The position numbers and the translations under genes are program-made. Shown here piece after piece: positions 56,388 to 64,000 of a stretch of DNA of 64,000 bases; within the stretch, counting starts at the first letter, position 1; every line of letters begins with the position of its first letter. Source of the DNA: an uncultured Chloroflexia bacterium (GTDB lineage Bacteria > Chloroflexota > Dehalococcoidia > DSTF01 > JACRBR01); contig OY969567.1 of the NCBI GenBank assembly GCA_963701135.1, forward strand, positions 2,576,537 to 2,640,536. Reading direction: 5' to 3'. The notes below the pieces were generated by a model. The model ran no database searches. It was not told the origin of the DNA and saw only the letters and a list, made by a program, of their open reading frames with translations.

Positions 56388-56481
56388 GTTGGAGGTTGGA
56401 GGTTGGAGGTTGGACCAAGGTGGCCGTCGCGAGGGGCCATGGCGCGCCATGCCCCTACGAACTACGAACTACGAACTGCGC

Positions 56482-57621
56482 TCAGCCCGTGCTGACGCCG
56501 ATGATCCGGCCGATGGTGTACGTGATGGCGGCCGCGCCGCTGCCGATCGCGAGCTGGCGGGCGCCGGCGAAGAGGAAATTGCGGCCGGTGAAGAGCGAGA
56601 CGGACGCGCCGACGGCGAACATGCCGAGGCCGCCGAGGATGATCGACGCCAGGAAGTGGGCGTTGGTCGAGCCGAAGAACCACGGGATGACCGGGAGGAT
56701 CGCGCCGGCCGCGAAGGCCGCGAACGATGCGAACGCCACGCCCCACGGGCTGCCGAGCCCCTCCGGGTTGAGGCCGAGCTCTTCGCGCGCCAGCGTCTCG
56801 AGCGCGACGCCGCGGTCGGCGATGATGCGCGTGGACAGCGCCTCGGCCTCGGCTGCGGGCAGGCCCTTCGCGCGGTAGATCAACGCGAGCTCCTGGCGCT
56901 CCTGCTCCGGGTCCGACTCCAACTCCTCTTTTTCGAGCGCGATCTGGCGCTCGAACAGCTCACGCTGCGACGTGACGGAGACGAACTCGCCCGCGCCCAT
57001 CGAAAACGCGCCGGCGAGCAGGCCGGCGACGCCGGCGAGGACGATGAAGCGGCCCTCCGGGTTGGCGCCGGCGACGCCGATGACGAGGCTGAGGTTCGAG
57101 AGAAGGCCGTCGCTGATGCCGAAGATCGCGGCGCGCAACTGGCCGCCGGTGTCGACGCGGTGCCAGCGCTCGCCGCGGGCGATGCCGGCGACATCGACGC
57201 CGCCGCCGGGCGCGTAGAGCGTCGAGAGCGTGCGTGCGTGCGAGCGCTCGTCGCGGGCCATGTCGGGGCCGGCTTCGGCCTGCGCCATGTAGTTGTCGAA
57301 GCCGCTCGATTCCATGGCGCTGACCATCGGCAGCACGGCGCGCGGGCCGAGGCGGTCGGCGAGGAAGCCGAGGATGCGGATGCGGAGCGACGGGCGCGCG
57401 CCGGCGACGTCAACGCCGGCGTCGCGCAGACGGCCGGCCCAGCTCTGGAGATGGCGCTTCTCCGTTTCGGCCAGCTCGAGGAAGATCTTCGCGCGCTCGG
57501 GGTCCTTCTCGGCACGGGCGAGGCGGCGGTAGATCTCAACGCCGTCGACTTCGCCCTGGTAGTTGTCGCGGAAGCGCTTGATGTCGGCCGGCGTGGGCGT
57601 GGGAGCGGTCGGGGTGGTCAT
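56482..57621 (-). CDS. Membrane-bound ferritin-like/VIT-family iron transporter (MbfA-like: rubrerythrin-type N-domain fused to VIT1/CCC1 domain)
   Basis: N-terminal erythrin/ferritin-like helices with ExxH motifs (ETEKRHLQ, DERSHAR). C-terminal five-TM VIT1 domain (IFGISDGLLSNLSLVIGVAGA). Confidence 0.7.
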   Translation of the reverse strand: MTTPTAPTPTPADIKRFRDNYQGEVDGVEIYRRLARAEKDPERAKIFLELAETEKRHLQSWAGRLRDAGVDVAGARPSLRIRILGFLADRLGPRAVLPMVSAMESSGFDNYMAQAEAGPDMARDERSHARTLSTLYAPGGGVDVAGIARGERWHRVDTGGQLRAAIFGISDGLLSNLSLVIGVAGANPEGRFIVLAGVAGLLAGAFSMGAGEFVSVTSQRELFERQIALEKEELESDPEQERQELALIYRAKGLPAAEAEALSTRIIADRGVALETLAREELGLNPEGLGSPWGVAFASFAAFAAGAILPVIPWFFGSTNAHFLASIILGGLGMFAVGASVSLFTGRNFLFAGARQLAIGSGAAAITYTIGRIIGVSTG

Positions 57622-57825
57622 GGCAAGGAGAGGATAGCAGTTCGTCGGTCGGTCAGTCGGGTCAGTGCGTCAGTCGATCAGTGCGTCAGTCAGTCAGCTA
57701 CCAGCTAACCGCCAACGTGCTGCGGTGCCTGACAGACTGATGACTGAGAGACTGACAGACTGTGCGAATTGACCCCCTTCCGGGGCGGCCATACACTCGG
57801 ATCGCACGCGCCCGCGGCCACGACG

Positions 57826-58641
57826 ATGGAGAATCCCATGCTTGCCACGCTGCTCAACATCAACCCTGACCGGATCGCCGTGGCCGAGCTGTTCGGCGCC
57901 ATCGGCTCGCCCGCGCGGACGAGCGAGTACGTGCGTATGCTGCGGGCGATCGAGGAGAATAAGCGGATCCGCGCGCTGGTGATCGACATCGACTCACCGG
58001 GCGGCGGCGCGGGCGCGTCGGAGTACATCTACCGCTCGATCGGCAGGATCGCGAAGCAGAAGCCGGTGATCGCGTTCATCAGCGGCACGGGCGCATCGGG
58101 CGCGTACATGGCGGCGTGCGCCGCGACAAAGGTCGTGGCGGTGCCGATGGCGGTCGTCGGGTCGATCGGCGTGATCTCGATGCGGCCGATGCTGTACGAG
58201 CTGCTGGAGAAGATCGGCGTGCGGATGGAAGTGACGAAGGCGGGGCGGCTGAAGGACATGTTCTCGAACTTCCGCGAGCCGACGGACGAGGAGCGCGAGA
58301 AGGAGCAGGCGCTGCTCAACAGCTTCTACGACCGCTTCGTGGAGCTGGTGGCCGAGGCGCGGCAGTTGCCGCCGGAGCGGGCCCGCGAGCTGGCGACCGG
58401 CGAGATCTTCACCGCGGAGCAGGCGAAGACGCACGGGCTCATCGACGAGCTCGGCGACCTGGACACGGCGATCGACCTCGCGCAGTCGCTGGCGGAGCTG
58501 CCGGAGCGCAAGGTGACGTACGTGAAGCCGCATCGCGGCCTGCGCGACCGGCTGCTCGCGAACACGGCGACGGGGCTGATGGGGGCGCTGGCGTACGCCG
58601 TCGATGGGCGGCTGCGAGAGCGGCGGATCGAGTACCGGTAG
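57826..58641 (+). CDS. sppA: Signal peptide peptidase SppA (36K type, S49 family)
   Basis: LVIDIDSPGGGAGASE, GASGAYMAACAATKVVA and SIGVI motifs. A second in-frame Met lies 4 codons downstream. Confidence 0.75.
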   Translation: MENPMLATLLNINPDRIAVAELFGAIGSPARTSEYVRMLRAIEENKRIRALVIDIDSPGGGAGASEYIYRSIGRIAKQKPVIAFISGTGASGAYMAACAATKVVAVPMAVVGSIGVISMRPMLYELLEKIGVRMEVTKAGRLKDMFSNFREPTDEEREKEQALLNSFYDRFVELVAEARQLPPERARELATGEIFTAEQAKTHGLIDELGDLDTAIDLAQSLAELPERKVTYVKPHRGLRDRLLANTATGLMGALAYAVDGRLRERRIEYR

Positions 58642-59087
58642 CGGGCGCTGCGCGCCCGCAGAACCAAGAACCGAGAACCAAGAACCGAGACCCGAGAACC
58701 AAGAACCGAGAACCGAGACGCTGGAAGCCGGAGCGGGCTCGGCGGGTCGCCGATGGGTGCGCCGCCGCTGCGCGCGGGCACGAGTGTCCGGAACCGTGCG
58801 GCGGATCGCGGCAGAGGCCACGCCGGGCCAGCACGCGGGAAGGGCGGAGCTGAAGCTCCTTCGCTGCGTTCTTCGGCCGGGCGCTCGGTGGTCCGGCAGG
58901 GGCGCCGCAAGCTGCGCCCCTGCCGGGTCGAGGCCGCCCAACTCCCCCTGTTCGTCCTTTTATGTCAAGTTATCGCCTATCAAGAGGCGCATGGAGGACC
59001 GTCCGGGAAGCCGGGACGTAGGTTATTTTGCGAGATGGTGACAGCAGGGGGTTGCATTATGTGTATCGATTCGTTAGCATCCGCTGG

Positions 59088-59116
59088 TTGACATCCCAAG
59101 GGCCTATTTGTATACT
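59088..59116 (+). promoter_or_regulatory. Sigma-70-type promoter upstream of rpoB (TTGACA-17 nt-TATACT)
   Basis: Exact -35 hexamer TTGACA at 59088-59093 and near-consensus -10 TATACT at 59111-59116, in a locally lower-GC leader about 120 nt upstream of the rpoB ATG. Confidence 0.6.
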
Positions 59117-59234
59117 CACCCAAGGCTAGACAGAACCCCCTTGCCTTTTGGATCCCCACGCATGTCCCTCTACGGGACTATCTCTGTCATCAGGAGATCA
59201 CGGTTCGTAACGCATTGTTAGGAGCGCGCCCGGC

Positions 59235-62983
<3,749 letters not shown>

Positions 62984-62990
<7 letters not shown>

Positions 62991-64000
62991 AGGTAAACGA
63001 CTTCAACGCCGTCCGCATCTCGCTGGCGTCGCCGGAGCAGATCCGGTCGTGGTCGTACGGCGAGGTCACGAAGCCGGAGACGATCAACTACCGCACGCTG
63101 AAGCCGGAGAAGGACGGGCTCTTCTGCGAGAAGATCTTCGGCCCGACGAAGGACTTCGAGTGCTACTGCGGCAAGTACAAGCGCGTGCGCTACAAGGGCA
63201 TCGTCTGCGACAAGTGCGGCGTCGAGGTGGCGCGCTCGAAGGTGCGCCGCGAGCGCATGGGCCACATCGAGCTGGCGTCGCCGGTGAGCCACATCTGGTT
63301 CGTGAAGGGCACGCCGAGCCGGCTCGGGCTGCTGCTCGACATCTCGCCGCGCTCGCTGGAGCGCGTGCTGTACTTCGCGCAGTTCATCGTCACGACGGTG
63401 GACGAGCACGCGAAGAAGCGCGCGATCGAGCACCTGCAGGAGGAGATGGAGCGCGAGGCCGGGCGGCGCGAGAAGCAGTACGCCGACCAGCGTCGCCGAG
63501 CTGCGAGGAGCAGCTCGAGCGCGGCGGAGCAGGAGATCAAGGACGACCGCGAGCGGAAGCTGGCGCAGCTCGAGGAGGACCGCCAGGAGCAGACCGACGC
63601 GATCATGCAGCAGGCCGTCGAGTACCAGGAGGAGCTGAAGGAGCTCGTCGGCAAGACGGCGCGCAAGGGCTACCGCCTCGGCGACGCGCTGATCGTCGAG
63701 CGCGGCACCGTGATCGAGAAGAGCATCGTGAAGGGGCTGAAGAAGGTCGCGCAGGAGCGCGTCGCGGCGCTGGAGGCGGACGTTCGAAGCAAGAAGCGCG
63801 AGGACATCGCGCTGATGGCGGACGCCGCCGCTGGACCAGAAGCGCAAGGCGATCCTCGACGAGCTGAAGCCGCTGCAGGAGCGCGCCGGCGGCGAGCGCG
63901 AGGCGGTGTACGCCGAGTACCAGGAGCGCATCGAGGAGCTGGAGGAGCTGGTCGACCCGGCCGAGAACGACAAGATGATGCTGCTGACCGAGGCGCAGTA
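62984..64000 (+). CDS. rpoC: DNA-directed RNA polymerase beta' subunit, 5' partial in window, with a frameshift near nt 63490
   Basis: GTG start overlapping the rpoB stop. [53 protein letters not shown]...[23 protein letters not shown] zinc-binding N-terminus. Confidence 0.85.

Overview
This is a very GC-rich (~70%+) bacterial chromosomal segment carrying housekeeping genes and many small acquired or repetitive elements. Housekeeping content includes the hemB 3' end, a sirC-hemA-hemC-cobA/hemD tetrapyrrole operon, ligA, hisH, proA, putA, rny-ymdB, groES/groEL with a CIRCE operator, dapA, tsaD, asd and the rpoB/rpoC start. There is one tRNA-Leu(TAG). Notable accessory features: (i) a protein/lipid glycosylation locus with three tandem GT-C (PMT_2/ArnT-like) paralogs, one of them an N-terminally truncated remnant, followed by a small membrane protein, a sugar epimerase, a sugar-phosphate nucleotidyltransferase and a GT2; (ii) a HicB-HicA toxin-antitoxin pair wedged between dapA and tsaD; (iii) an intact ISL3-family IS with 8-bp target duplication inserted into a heptamer microsatellite; (iv) a MITE-like repeat family with ~40-bp terminal inverted repeats, in at least three loci including a 170-bp tandem array; (v) a lower-GC islet with a two-component system, a lipoprotein and a membrane protein next to a tRNA 3'-end-like fragment; (vi) heptanucleotide tandem repeats (CCTCCAA, ACAGACA/CAAACAG, AGGTGAT/AGGTTCT, CCTACAA, CCGACTGA) in nearly every intergenic region, often arranged as long inverted repeats. 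Many conserved essential genes (groEL, groES, rpoB, rpoC, ligA, hemA, hemC, tsaD, dapA, asd, oppF, hisH) are split across frames. That pattern points to indel sequencing or assembly errors rather than genuine pseudogenes.
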